Virus record (IMG/VR): IMGVR_UViG_2061766007_000271
Reading direction: 5' to 3' (one strand)
DNA: 64,000 nucleotides
From: an uncultured virus (IMG/VR IMGVR_UViG_2061766007_000271)
Taxonomy: Duplodnaviria > Heunggongvirae > Uroviricota > Caudoviricetes
The position numbers were made by a program, and so were the translations under genes. The notes beneath the pieces are model-generated. The model saw only the letters and a program-made list of their open reading frames with translations. It searched no databases and was not told the DNA's origin. Positions 38,347 to 48,450 of the stretch are shown piece by piece (position 1 is the first letter of the stretch; each line of letters begins with the position of its first letter).

Positions 38347-40098
38347 TTACAAGCAACTTAATATTTCCATTGTGCTCATGTCTCCAACTTCAAATGCATC
38401 TATGTCCTCTCCAAGCAATGCATTGTTGACAATCTGTTTTTTTGTTAATATGTTTCTGACTCTTTCATCGACTGTATCCATGCAGACAAAATCATAAACT
38501 GTCACAGTATGCTGGACTCCACAGCGATATGCCCTGTCTTCACGCTGTTTCATAATTGCAGGAGAAAAATCCGATGTGTAATTGATGACATCATCCGCTG
38601 CCTGCAAATTCAATCCCGTACTCATGGCATTTGAGCCAAGAAGTATCTTGTATTTCGGGTCTGAATTGAATTTCTTGCAAATCTCCTGACGCTGTTCTGG
38701 GTCAACAGAACCGTCAATCACAAGTATATCCTTATAATCAGATTCCAAATTTTTCATCAACCAATACAAGGTGTTCGTATATTGAGAAAAAACAAGAACT
38801 TTGTGATTGTTTTCCTTTATTAATTCGTCAAGAAGCTCTTTAAATGCCTCATATTTGTCAGACGAATTGTGAAGACCTAGAATCTCTGGAAAATCAAGGA
38901 ACTGCCTTGCCCTCATTACCAATTCCATTGCGGAAGCATCCGTGGTTATTTCGTTTTTCTTCTTCACCAAATCTTTATATGCTTTCATATTTTTCGGAGA
39001 CAATTCAACAATCATATCCTTATGAAGCTTCGGAGGAAGGTCTTTTAACACATCTTCTTTTAAACGGCGAAGATAATAAGGGGCAATCTTATCGGAAACC
39101 TCCTTAATGTGATGATAGCCCTTAACTGCTCCGAAGTAGTCGTATTCGGCGTATCGCTCCATGAATTTCTGCTTGCTTACAAACAAGCCTGGTTTCAAAA
39201 TCTGGAAAATAGAATGTATTTCCTCAAGACGACCATCCAAAGGAGTGCCAGTCAATCCGATACGGTATTTAGCATTGAACTGACGACAAGCCAAAGTACG
39301 TTGCGAAGAATGATTTTTTAGCATATGGATTTCATCAAAGATTATAGCATCATATGAATTTAAGACAGCTTTATAACAAGTTATACGATTATCCTTTTTC
39401 TTTGGGTCTGCATACAAGTCCCTTGCCACAGTTTCATAATTCACAATCTTAAAAGGATATCCTGTCGCAATCCATTGTTTTTCCCTGTCTTCAACATTTT
39501 TACATTTGTGACCGATTACAAGTGCATCTTCAGAGGCAAAACGCAACAATTCATCTTTCCAATTATACTTCAATGAAGCAGGACAGACGACAAGACAATT
39601 TCTTATCTGACCGCGATTCATACGTTCCTTTGCAATGCCGATTGCCTGCAAAGTTTTTCCAAGACCCATTGAATCTCCGATAAGAAATCCATCACCAACA
39701 GACAATCCACATTGTACACCCCACCGTTGGTAATTAAACAAGCAGTTCTTGCCGTTCAGACCAACGCCTTCCACTCCGAAATCGGTCGGCTCGTCCTTCA
39801 AGGCGACTTCCTTGAATTTCAGGAAATTGTCCAAATCCTTGTGTCTTTTATCAAAGGCAATGAGGAATTCAAGCGACTTGTGGACTTTGCCATCAGCGAA
39901 TTCCTGAGCAAATTCCTTCTGGAACTTGTCCCAAATTTCATCATCGAGAGGGAATCTCCATTCCTTCCCAGACTGCATCCACTTACCGCCGATGCGATGG
40001 ACATTCGGGAGCTTGTCATACGGAATCTTCGCATAGAAAGCCTCCTTGTCGTCCTTGTGCATCGTAATGAATATTTCGTCTGAATTGTTATAAGCCAT
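38347..40098 (-). CDS. SNF2-family helicase/translocase
   Basis: DSMGLGKT, VCPASL, DEIH, LTGTP, RR.K..V, VFSQY, GLNLQ.A, QREDRAYR. Confidence 0.93.
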   Translation of the reverse strand: MAYNNSDEIFITMHKDDKEAFYAKIPYDKLPNVHRIGGKWMQSGKEWRFPLDDEIWDKFQKEFAQEFADGKVHKSLEFLIAFDKRHKDLDNFLKFKEVALKDEPTDFGVEGVGLNGKNCLFNYQRWGVQCGLSVGDGFLIGDSMGLGKTLQAIGIAKERMNRGQIRNCLVVCPASLKYNWKDELLRFASEDALVIGHKCKNVEDREKQWIATGYPFKIVNYETVARDLYADPKKKDNRITCYKAVLNSYDAIIFDEIHMLKNHSSQRTLACRQFNAKYRIGLTGTPLDGRLEEIHSIFQILKPGLFVSKQKFMERYAEYDYFGAVKGYHHIKEVSDKIAPYYLRRLKEDVLKDLPPKLHKDMIVELSPKNMKAYKDLVKKKNEITTDASAMELVMRARQFLDFPEILGLHNSSDKYEAFKELLDELIKENNHKVLVFSQYTNTLYWLMKNLESDYKDILVIDGSVDPEQRQEICKKFNSDPKYKILLGSNAMSTGLNLQAADDVINYTSDFSPAIMKQREDRAYRCGVQHTVTVYDFVCMDTVDERVRNILTKKQIVNNALLGEDIDAFEVGDMSTMEILSCL

Positions 40099-40145
40099 AT
40101 CAACTCCTTTTCACTTGTAGAATACGGATGCTTTAATATGGCATG

Positions 40146-40189
40146 AAAAAAGGCATTTACTTGCAAAAAACGCAAGTAAATGCCTTTTT
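40146..40189. terminator. bidirectional intrinsic terminator
   Basis: AAAAAGGCATTTACTTGC/GCAAGTAAATGCCTTTTT. Confidence 0.75.
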
Positions 40190-40210
40190 GATTTGATTAA
40201 TTTTCAGAAA

Positions 40211-41581
40211 TTAAAAACCAGTACCGCTTTTGACGAATTTCAGGATTTGAGTATTTGTCAAAGTGACGGGACCTTTGATGAAATCAGTGTGCCGTCCCGT
40301 CCAGACAGGCAGGATATGCTCTGGCTTGAGGTTGAGAGGACTTTCGACCAATCCCCACGCCCCGTCGTCGCTACCGCCACTGATTCCGACGATGCCACCG
40401 CCTTCCATGTTTTTGGGAGCAAGGAACAAAGAAGTCGGGATGCGCTGACCTTGACTCAAAGTAAATTTCTCGACAATCACGAATCCCTTGCAGTTAGCGG
40501 GGGTGATGCCGATTCCTCGGTCTTCGACAGTCGTTTCGTAGGTAATGAAACCAAGCACATTATCATTGGTCATCTTGAGATAGAACAGCTTGCCGAAAGG
40601 CAACCATTCGGCGACGTACTGATTGCTGTTGTTCTTGTTGGATTTCTTAACGCGATAGACATCGGCGGTTCCATCCTCGTTGAAATCAAATTTGAGAAGT
40701 TCACGCGATTTGCGTTTGAAGTCGATGGTGAATTTGACAAACGGGCTTCCTTTTTCATCAAGAATTGGCTTTTTGTTGGCATCCAATTCATACACGCCAT
40801 ATGGCGTGGCATAGTTGACATCGCAAAGATAATATCTCGTAAGTTTTCTGGGGGCAAAACGGCTGGTCACGAAAGGCGTATCTGGATATTCGGCATAGTT
40901 CGTCGCAAAGCATGCTTTCTGCAACGTCTGCTTTGCCTGCTTGTCTCTATACGGCTTTTCATTATAGGTCATGGAGAATGTGCCGTACACTGGAAGTTGC
41001 TTAATTTCCTGCGCGATTCCCGTGTCGTTGGAACCGAATCCAATCAGTGAGCCGAGGGTCGAATTCCCGTACAATGGATTTCTTCCCTTGATGATGCCAC
41101 TTGTGACGTAATGCCCCGCGAGTGTGCATTTCGCAGGGGAAAGCCCAAGACCGCGCTCGACGGTGTATTCAAGACAGATTGTACCGTGGAAACCTCCGTC
41201 AGTGGGTCTCTTGTAGGTTTTTTCTGAACTCGCCATCGGAAGCGCGGCGATAGCCTGCTTGCCTTCATAGGGAATCTGCGCGATTTCGCCGTTCTGTCCA
41301 ATGGACAACCAGTAAGCCGTGGTGGAACCGTCTTTTGTCACGATGCGGAGAATCGGGAATTCCTTCTTCCGCTTCATCTCGAAGGCAATGACGGGATTGC
41401 CTTCTGCGTCCAGAACTGGGTTCCCGTCCTCGTCAACCTTCGGCACACCATACGGAGTGGTGTACTCAAGGCTGAAAGACAGTTCAACTGTCTTGTCTGG
41501 AAGTTGCTCTTGCACGGCTTCCGACGCAATCAACCCGATGCCGAAAAGCATCATCAACACAATCAGCATGATTTTCTTCAT
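40211..41581 (-). CDS. secreted protein with two YxTPYGV domains
   Basis: Sec signal peptide; domain 1 resembles 42316-43206, domain 2 resembles 41608-42306. Confidence 0.7.
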   Translation of the reverse strand: MKKIMLIVLMMLFGIGLIASEAVQEQLPDKTVELSFSLEYTTPYGVPKVDEDGNPVLDAEGNPVIAFEMKRKKEFPILRIVTKDGSTTAYWLSIGQNGEIAQIPYEGKQAIAALPMASSEKTYKRPTDGGFHGTICLEYTVERGLGLSPAKCTLAGHYVTSGIIKGRNPLYGNSTLGSLIGFGSNDTGIAQEIKQLPVYGTFSMTYNEKPYRDKQAKQTLQKACFATNYAEYPDTPFVTSRFAPRKLTRYYLCDVNYATPYGVYELDANKKPILDEKGSPFVKFTIDFKRKSRELLKFDFNEDGTADVYRVKKSNKNNSNQYVAEWLPFGKLFYLKMTNDNVLGFITYETTVEDRGIGITPANCKGFVIVEKFTLSQGQRIPTSLFLAPKNMEGGGIVGISGGSDDGAWGLVESPLNLKPEHILPVWTGRHTDFIKGPVTLTNTQILKFVKSGTGF

Positions 41582-41607
41582 TTTACGCTCCTTTACTTTT
41601 CAATGAA

Positions 41608-42306
41608 TTACCAGTAATAACCGCTCCTGACGAACGTCAGAATCTCTTTCTCCGTCAACTGGACGGGACCTTTTTGGAAGGAGGCGTTCCCGCTGGAATA
41701 GACAGACAGGATGTGCTCTGGCTCAAGTTTGAGAGGGTTTTCGACAAGCCCCCATGCGCCGTCGTCGCTACCATTGCTGAATCCAGCGACTTCGCCTTTT
41801 TCAAGGGCTGTCGGAATCAGACGACCGTCCTTCTCCATGAACGTCTTCACCGTGGCGAAACCGTTGCAAATAGCTGGCGTAACGCCGATTCCCCTGTCGG
41901 TGACGGTGGCTGTGTATGTCATGAACCCCTTCACGCTCCCGTCTTCCATCGGGATGTAAACCAACGTGCCGAAAGGAATCCACTCGATGATGTAGTTGCC
42001 CTTGTCGTCTTTGTTCTTCGTCTTGACCACGGACAACTGACCGACTCCGTTCTCGTCGAACTTGATGCGAAGAAGATAGTTGATGTTCGCTCTTTTGATT
42101 TCAAACTTGACGACGGGGCTTCCCTTCTCGTCCTTGACTGGGTTCCCGTCAGCGTCAAGCACGGGAACACCGTAAGGGGTCGCGTAATGAATTCTGAAAT
42201 TGTAGTACCAAGCGTCCGTATCAACGGTGCCATTATCATTCGTCTTCGCATAGACGAACGCCGTGACGACAAGCAGTAATGCGAATAAAATTTTTTTCAT
42301 AGTCAT
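41608..42306 (-). CDS. secreted protein, YxTPYGV family
   Basis: Signal peptide ending VYA; YATPYGV, DRGIG.TPA.C, GSDDGAWGLVE.PL. Confidence 0.7.
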   Translation of the reverse strand: MTMKKILFALLLVVTAFVYAKTNDNGTVDTDAWYYNFRIHYATPYGVPVLDADGNPVKDEKGSPVVKFEIKRANINYLLRIKFDENGVGQLSVVKTKNKDDKGNYIIEWIPFGTLVYIPMEDGSVKGFMTYTATVTDRGIGVTPAICNGFATVKTFMEKDGRLIPTALEKGEVAGFSNGSDDGAWGLVENPLKLEPEHILSVYSSGNASFQKGPVQLTEKEILTFVRSGYYW

Positions 42307-42315
42307 GCTCCTTTG

Positions 42316-43206
42316 TTATTTCTGAACAGTAATGCCTTTTTTCAGAGTGCCCGTTATATATGTGAAGTTACCAGGGTCGTCATGATAGAACCCATTGAAA
42401 CTGCCGTACACTGGTAGGCGCACGATTCCGCTCGGCAACGGGGTTGTCGGCGTATCGTCTTCGACGACTGGCTCATCTGGTTCTGTCGGCTCGTCAGGAG
42501 TGACAACGGGGTTCTGCTGGTTGTGGTACGCGATGCAGACGGCTCTGCAAGGGCAGTCCGCACTGCAAGTGCATGTGCATTTTGGTGTTTGAGTGGTAGT
42601 GGATTCCGAACGTGTCTTCGGAGATTCCTGCGGTTGCTCCTGTGCAGTCTCCTTGATGCCAATGGCTTGCATATCGTTTTCGCCGAATCCGACAACAGTT
42701 CCGTAGAACGCGCTTGAATCAATTTTCACGTCAGAACCCCCCGTAGCTGCGAAATAGCCAGCGAGGATGCACTTTGCTGGGGAAAGACCAAGACCACGGT
42801 CAACAGTGTATTCCAGACTTATGGCACCACGTCGTCCATTGTCAATCGGTCTGTTGTAGGTTTTTTCGGAATCAGCCATTGGAAGCACGGCGAACGACTG
42901 CCTTCCTCTGTATTTATGGCGGACAANNNNNNNNNNNNNNNNNNNNNNNGTAGTGGAACCGTCCTTTGTTTCAACACGGAGAATCGGATACTCCGTCGTC
43001 TTCTTCATGACAAAAACGACGACTGGATTACCATCCTTGTCAACCATCGGTTTCCCAGACGTATTTTTCTTCTGGACACCGTAAGGCGTGGTGTAGGAAA
43101 TTTGGAAATGGATGTCGACGGTTTTGTCCTTGACTTGGCTGGCATCGGATGCCAGAAGACCGATGCCAATGAGCATCGTCAGCACAACAAACATGCTTTT
43201 TTTCAT
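42316..43206 (-). CDS. secreted protein, YxTPYGV family, with Cys-rich/Pro-Thr insert
   Basis: Signal peptide; YTTPYGV, RGLGLSPAKC, CTCTCSADCPC insert. Confidence 0.7.
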   Translation of the reverse strand: MKKSMFVVLTMLIGIGLLASDASQVKDKTVDIHFQISYTTPYGVQKKNTSGKPMVDKDGNPVVVFVMKKTTEYPILRVETKDGSTXXXXXXXXXVRHKYRGRQSFAVLPMADSEKTYNRPIDNGRRGAISLEYTVDRGLGLSPAKCILAGYFAATGGSDVKIDSSAFYGTVVGFGENDMQAIGIKETAQEQPQESPKTRSESTTTQTPKCTCTCSADCPCRAVCIAYHNQQNPVVTPDEPTEPDEPVVEDDTPTTPLPSGIVRLPVYGSFNGFYHDDPGNFTYITGTLKKGITVQK

Positions 43207-43260
43207 TTTACGCTCCTTTACTTAGTTCTTGGTTTCATGCCTTCGATTCGGCATGTCATT

Positions 43261-43307
43261 AATATGAATCGAAAAACGCGCATTTCAAGTCAAAATGCGC
43301 GTTTTTT
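43261..43307 (-). promoter_or_regulatory. class I promoter variant overlapping terminator hairpin
   Basis: TTGAAA-16 bp-CATATT (43261-43288) within AAAAACGCGCATTT/AAATGCGCGTTTTT repeat. Confidence 0.55.
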
Positions 43308-43328
43308 CTGATTTTTTACGATATACAG

Positions 43329-44030
43329 CTAGTTTTTCATCGTCTCCATGAATCTCGCGAAGACATCACCCGATACCTTCTTTATAACAACTTCAATAGA
43401 CTGATTAAACATCTCCTGTGTCTGGAATTCGATGCCATTGCCTGTGAACTTCAACACTGGAAGCCCTTTTATCAGGAGGGACATGATATCTGGCGTAAGC
43501 GTCTTGGCATAGAACTCCTCCCATTTCGCCACGTCAGCACCGACATTGTTCGCAATTTCCTTTCCAGCCTCAAGCGATTTCTGGTAGATAAGCTCCTTGA
43601 ATTTGTCAACAGGGATGACGTACTTCCCGTTAGCCGTTCTACCCGTCGCTGTCCGTGCAACGATTTCCTTCGCAATTTCTTCTGGCGACGGCGGTTTCAT
43701 TTCATTCACCCTGTCCATGATTGCGGTCAAATCCTCCTTCATCGCATTGATGGAGGATTCGTACAACGCCTTCGCCATATCTTGCATGTCTTCTGGCTTG
43801 GTGTCGCCGTCAAGAATCATGTAGGAATCCCAGTAAGGCTCGCTATCACTGGAATTGGAACTCACCCATATCTGCCCGAAATCCACCACGGTCTTCTCGT
43901 TTCTCACGCCTTTCGACGACTGGTACGGTCTTCCGTCCTTGAAAAGCTCGTCCTCATAGGCAACGACATCCAGACGCGGATAACAGTCGAATCCTAGGCA
44001 TACGCGCATCTTAATCAACTTCTTTTTCAT
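43329..44030 (-). CDS. hypothetical protein
   Basis: Start at MKKKLIK with AAGGAG RBS. Confidence 0.65.
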   Translation of the reverse strand: MKKKLIKMRVCLGFDCYPRLDVVAYEDELFKDGRPYQSSKGVRNEKTVVDFGQIWVSSNSSDSEPYWDSYMILDGDTKPEDMQDMAKALYESSINAMKEDLTAIMDRVNEMKPPSPEEIAKEIVARTATGRTANGKYVIPVDKFKELIYQKSLEAGKEIANNVGADVAKWEEFYAKTLTPDIMSLLIKGLPVLKFTGNGIEFQTQEMFNQSIEVVIKKVSGDVFARFMETMKN

Positions 44031-44040
44031 ATTCACTCCT

Positions 44041-44613
44041 TTATTTTGTAAAATCATGAAGCCTTGATTCAAACAGGTTCACCATGTCTTCAATTGTACC
44101 GTTGTTCTCGACGGTAAATGAAATGTACTTCCTGTCCAACGGCTTTTCCGATATATGGTGCTGTTCGCTTTCCGTGAGATTGCTCTTCGCATTATTCCTT
44201 GTAATTTCAAGGACAACACCGCCCAAATCCTTCACCATCTGGCATTCGTTCCCGAATCGGCAGTCCGTCACAATCACCCTCCTGCCTTCATCCAGTAGCT
44301 TCTGGACGCGGATTTTCAATATCTTGACCCACGTATCTGGATGGAATCCGTTGCGCATCGCCTCCGTCCCTACCCTCTGGAGTATCTCTCGGTTGGTCAT
44401 ACCCCATTCCGCATTGTATTTCATTTTGCCTTCCTGAGTGTAAACATCGTCATAAGAGCAACCAAGATAGTCGATGCAGATTTGCTTCAATGCGTCGGCG
44501 AACGCGATTTTGACCCACCCCCGCTTCACCAGCTCGTCCGCCAGCGTGTCCTTTCCAGAACCAGCCTTGCCGACAAGTCCCAACAACGCGACACTTCCAT
44601 CAGATTTGTCCAT
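44041..44613 (-). CDS. deoxynucleoside monophosphate kinase (T4 gp1-like)
   Basis: GKAGSGKDT, FADALK, REILQ.VGTE..R, VTDCRF.NE, H.SE. Confidence 0.9.
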   Translation of the reverse strand: MDKSDGSVALLGLVGKAGSGKDTLADELVKRGWVKIAFADALKQICIDYLGCSYDDVYTQEGKMKYNAEWGMTNREILQRVGTEAMRNGFHPDTWVKILKIRVQKLLDEGRRVIVTDCRFGNECQMVKDLGGVVLEITRNNAKSNLTESEQHHISEKPLDRKYISFTVENNGTIEDMVNLFESRLHDFTK

Positions 44614-44686
44614 GTTTTCTCCTTTNNNNNNNNNNCAGTCCCAACAACGCGACACTTCCATCAGATTTGTCCATGTTTTCTCCTTT

Positions 44687-44800
44687 TCAATTTCTGTCGT
44701 TGCAATATATAATCATCAGCGGGAAGAATGCAAGCCACGGATACGCCATTACAAGCAACATCAATGCGACAAAAATGAAAATCTTCTCGAATCGGGACAT
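44687..44800 (-). CDS. 37-aa hydrophobic peptide
   Basis: Manual read MSRFEKIFIFVALMLLVMAYPWLAFFPLMIIYCNDRN; AAGGAGG RBS after promoter. Confidence 0.55.
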   Translation of the reverse strand: MSRFEKIFIFVALMLLVMAYPWLAFFPLMIIYCNDRN

Positions 44801-44836
44801 TATGAAACCTCCTTACTTGGTTTTTATCAATACCAT

Positions 44837-44864
44837 AATATACACCGATTCGTGAAGATTGCAA
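44837..44864 (-). promoter_or_regulatory. class I promoter
   Basis: TTGCAA-16 bp-TATATT. Confidence 0.7.
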
Positions 44865-44865
44865 G

Positions 44866-45162
44866 TCACTTGTAAATCACGGGGATGAAATTCTTCTCCG
44901 CACATTCGATTTCCTTCAGCATGCCTTCAGTCGGTACCCCGAACACCCATAATTCGGAGCATTCCATGAGCAACTGCATTCCAGCCGACATGCCCATGAC
45001 CCGTTGTTTGTCGTCAGCATCGTCAAGAAACTGCGTGAAGTAGATGTGCGGGGCGACAGGAAGCAACCCGTCGTCCACTGCCATACGGCAGTATTTTCTC
45101 GCATTCTCCTCGTTCTGCGCGACATCTCCCCTGTAGGGAGAACAGATGTACACTTTTTTCAT
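44866..45162 (-). CDS. nucleoside deoxyribosyltransferase-like protein (DUF4406-like)
   Basis: VYICSPY.GD, APH.YF, C.ELWVFG...GM..E. Confidence 0.7.
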   Translation of the reverse strand: MKKVYICSPYRGDVAQNEENARKYCRMAVDDGLLPVAPHIYFTQFLDDADDKQRVMGMSAGMQLLMECSELWVFGVPTEGMLKEIECAEKNFIPVIYK

Positions 45163-45250
45163 TTTGCGTCCTCCTGCGGTTCGTGTTTCTTCCTGTTATC
45201 CTGTTTTTCCTGATGCCGAAAACGGCATTTTCATTAATATGGCTTTAAAA

Positions 45251-45467
45251 TCATGATTTTTTAAAAAATTCTGGATGCTCCGCCCTGTACTTCTCGCGTC
45301 TTTCCTTGTTTTCATCCAGAAACTTGTTCACTTCTTCCAAAAAATCATTATCATTAACCTTGGTCAGCAATAGCATCATTCCGTAATCCGAGATGCTCCT
45401 GTTGTAAGCCACTTCGCTCGTCGAGTGCTTTGTCAAAAAACAAGCTGAAAAGCCCTTCGTCGTTCAT
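45251..45467 (-). pseudogene. frameshifted short paralogue of the C-terminus of 45470-46261
   Basis: AYNRSISDY/EEVNKFLDENKERREKYR vs AANPSISDY/KDVEEVLEEHRQKRDEYR; ATG 45467 is one base out of frame across a T6 run. Confidence 0.4.
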
Positions 45468-45469
45468 GT

Positions 45470-46261
45470 TCAGTCTTCCAATGCTATTCCGTTAGCCTGA
45501 CGATACTCGTCGCGCTTCTGACGATGCTCCTCCAGCACTTCTTCCACATCTTTCATATATCTCGTCGGAGTCTTGACTTTGAGTTGCATTATCATATAAT
45601 CGCTGATGCTCGGATTCGCAGCGAGCTTCAAAAGCATGTTCTTGCTGTCGAAAATCTCCTTCGACTTCTCAGACACCATCTTCTCATCAAGCGGGGTCTT
45701 CAGTAAAGCAATATGAGTATCCAAGTCGTCGTAGTAATCGTAATGATTCTTCTTGAAATATTCAATAACCTTATCTGGAATCATAGCGCAGTCTTCTGGA
45801 AAGGAGTGCTGGTTGCGAAGGAAGATGAGAATATAGTCGTTGCCATATCTGGAAAAAATGATATTCCCGCTGTCGTCATAATTCAGGATTTCCTTCAGGG
45901 CTTCGCGTTTCAAGTCGTCTGGAAGCCTCCAGTAATACAGGAATTCACTAACATAGCCTTTCTTCCACATGGCACGCAACGCCGATTCTGGAATATGTTC
46001 TCGTTCAATCAAAATGCTCGAACGGAATCTCTCGCCACCTGCCTTACACAGCTTGACCAGTATCTTTTCAGGACAGTCTTCCCGCAATGCGATTTTCAGC
46101 TTGTTCTCCCATCTAAGTTTCTTTTCCTTCAGTGCGCGTTCGCAATACGAAAACGGGACATCCGTACTGCGTAGGATGCATCCGATTTCAGTTTCATGCG
46201 CTCCATTGAAAACCGATTCAAACACACTCTTGTAGTCAATTTCATTCTTTTCCATAATCAA
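45470..46261 (-). CDS. hypothetical helical-repeat protein
   Basis: 263-aa ORF, ATGA overlap. Confidence 0.6.
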   Translation of the reverse strand: MIMEKNEIDYKSVFESVFNGAHETEIGCILRSTDVPFSYCERALKEKKLRWENKLKIALREDCPEKILVKLCKAGGERFRSSILIEREHIPESALRAMWKKGYVSEFLYYWRLPDDLKREALKEILNYDDSGNIIFSRYGNDYILIFLRNQHSFPEDCAMIPDKVIEYFKKNHYDYYDDLDTHIALLKTPLDEKMVSEKSKEIFDSKNMLLKLAANPSISDYMIMQLKVKTPTRYMKDVEEVLEEHRQKRDEYRQANGIALED

Positions 46262-47412
46262 AACAGGTTCAAACGACCGTCTCCTTTTCCTTTTGTCTTG
46301 TTCTTGTACTCTTCACATACTTCGGCGATTGTCTTTCCAGCAGACCCCTTTCCCCTTGTGAAATTAACAAAGCACTTTCCAAGCTCCGTGGAAAGGCTCG
46401 TGTTTTCACCAAGTTTGAAGCATTCCGCCCTCATGCAACCGCCCCAGATTTTATGATTCCTCAAAATCCCAGTGCCACAGCATTCGCAACCGTGCCCGTA
46501 TTCGGATGACACGGTATTATCCCCATTCAGGAACACAAGCCCGTTGGCTTCAGCAAGTTCCGTATAGCGTTTCAGCACCTTGTCCTTGATTTCATCAGAA
46601 TATTCCCTGTCGCTACCTTCGATGACCCCGTTTTCCTTGAAGTCCTTCAAGATGTCGAATCCGAATACATCGCCAATCTTGGCATATACCTTGCGTTCAT
46701 TTTCTGGCATGACGACACGGAGCTTCAATCCCTCGGCGACAAACCCGTAGCATCCAGCTTCCTTGAACATTTTGGCATACCGTTCGGCATTGTCATAACA
46801 GTATGGATAGATGAACGGGTGTAGCCTCGCAATCACCTTGAAGCCTTTGTCAGCGAGCTTCCTGACTGCATCCATTCGCCTCGTCGGTGAAATCGCTCCG
46901 CATTCTATCTGGCTGGCGATGTCGTCGTCGCAGAACGAACACGACACGGACAGCGCGATGTTCGAGTTGATAAACTCATCGGCGTAGTCCAGAAACACTT
47001 CTGGATTCTTCGTGCTCATCTGCACTGGATAATCCAATTCATCCAGAATTTTCAGGACATCGTGCGTAATCAACTCGTCCCTTTCGCACCACGGGAACGG
47101 GTCTGACGAAGCCCCGATTTTCACAGGAATCCGCTCCCTGAAAGCGACTTCCTCCGCCTTTGCATAGTCATTGGCTTCCTTCGCCATCGTCCTGTCCACC
47201 CACCGTTTGAACGCGACTGGATTGTTGCCCTCAATATACGTTTGCACGGGATGGTCTGTCCTTCTTCTTGCAAACTGGAAGAAGTCCCTCGCAAAACAGA
47301 ACAGGCATCCGTATGTACATCCGCGATACGTGTCCATGTGATATGGCACGGGGCATACCCTGAATTGAGTCGTCACGCTCGGACTCCAGAATTTCCTCTT
47401 AATTCGTTCCAT
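46258..47412 (-). CDS. radical SAM protein, spore-photoproduct-lyase-like (SplB) family
   Basis: DTYRGCTYGCLFCFAR, IG.SSDPF, STKNP, IE.GA.SP..R. Confidence 0.82.
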   Translation of the reverse strand: MERIKRKFWSPSVTTQFRVCPVPYHMDTYRGCTYGCLFCFARDFFQFARRRTDHPVQTYIEGNNPVAFKRWVDRTMAKEANDYAKAEEVAFRERIPVKIGASSDPFPWCERDELITHDVLKILDELDYPVQMSTKNPEVFLDYADEFINSNIALSVSCSFCDDDIASQIECGAISPTRRMDAVRKLADKGFKVIARLHPFIYPYCYDNAERYAKMFKEAGCYGFVAEGLKLRVVMPENERKVYAKIGDVFGFDILKDFKENGVIEGSDREYSDEIKDKVLKRYTELAEANGLVFLNGDNTVSSEYGHGCECCGTGILRNHKIWGGCMRAECFKLGENTSLSTELGKCFVNFTRGKGSAGKTIAEVCEEYKNKTKGKGDGRLNLF

Positions 47413-48040
47413 TCTTTGTTACCTGCATCTCATTGCTAGATAAGTCATCAGTTTTAACAACTCTTATATTGTTTTCGTCACTATAATCAAAAAGAGGAAA
47501 CTTAACTCTACGAAAATATGCGGATACGCATGTAACCGAAATCCTCTCGTCCATGATAAAGTTCACGAATCCGACTTTATCGACGGCATCGAACGTCTCT
47601 TTTACAATCAGGCATTTTTCCTTCTTTTGCTTGTCAAAAGAGGAATGCTCACTGACATGCCCCCAAGAAATTTTGAGATTCTCATCAATTGATTTTACAT
47701 GTTTCTCGAATATCTTGCGGTACTTGTTGTTCCATTCCAGCCAGTCCGAATAAACATTGTCCGAATTGCGGGAAAACATGGCGGTCGAATACAAAGCCTG
47801 AAACACGAGCCAGTTCCATTTCGTCTCGGCGTTGTCGAACGTCCACAGTATTATTCCTTCTCCGAACCCAAGCCATGCTGTGTCCGAATTGCTGTAGCAA
47901 AAAATGCCGTTGCTCCATTTCCATTTATCGCTATATGAATCACACAGCATGAAATGCAGACGCAACCTCCAGAAGTCCTCCTTGTCCTTGTCAACAGTGT
48001 ATCCTTCTGGAATTGAAATATGAGTGCGTTCCTCTTCCAT
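47399..48040 (-). CDS. hypothetical protein, paralogue of 48434-49051
   Basis: IPE..TVDK and ETKWNWLVFQA. Confidence 0.6.
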   Translation of the reverse strand: MEEERTHISIPEGYTVDKDKEDFWRLRLHFMLCDSYSDKWKWSNGIFCYSNSDTAWLGFGEGIILWTFDNAETKWNWLVFQALYSTAMFSRNSDNVYSDWLEWNNKYRKIFEKHVKSIDENLKISWGHVSEHSSFDKQKKEKCLIVKETFDAVDKVGFVNFIMDERISVTCVSAYFRRVKFPLFDYSDENNIRVVKTDDLSSNEMQVTKNGTN

Positions 48041-48450
48041 TATTCTTCCTTCTCGTCGTTCCAAGGCGGAAACACCTTCGCGTTCTTCACAGATTCAATC
48101 TCCTGCATGAGAAGGTCGATTGCATGGAGCTTCAACTTGTCGATTCCAGCCTGTACATCGGTCAGCTTCTCCACCGTCATATATGAATCCAACGTGGAGT
48201 AATCGTCATTTACAGATACCCCTTCATCCTTTATCTCATTGAAATGGAACGGGCTATTCTCCTCCTGATGGAAGACATGCACATGCCATTCGATTTTGCC
48301 ACGGTAATGCTGGATTTCACGTTCGAGGTTGATTTTCCACACTTTCTGCCTTATACATGACTTCATGTGGTCTTCACATTCCAATTGCGTACTGAAGTGA
48401 TGATAGCAATTCGGGCATGTGTACAGAAATTCTTTATTTTGCTCGCTCAT
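48040..48450 (-). CDS. protein with N-terminal zinc finger
   Basis: YTCPNC...F.....C..H...C. Confidence 0.55.
   Translation of the reverse strand: MSEQNKEFLYTCPNCYHHFSTQLECEDHMKSCIRQKVWKINLEREIQHYRGKIEWHVHVFHQEENSPFHFNEIKDEGVSVNDDYSTLDSYMTVEKLTDVQAGIDKLKLHAIDLLMQEIESVKNAKVFPPWNDEKEE

Noticed and set aside
20470..44690. Near-exact 45-60 bp direct repeats at ~20470-20590, 32870-32995, 35780-35890 and 44577-44685
   Set aside because: Each pair flanks a run of about 10 Ns, the signature of unmerged contig overlaps, not biological repeats or target-site duplications.
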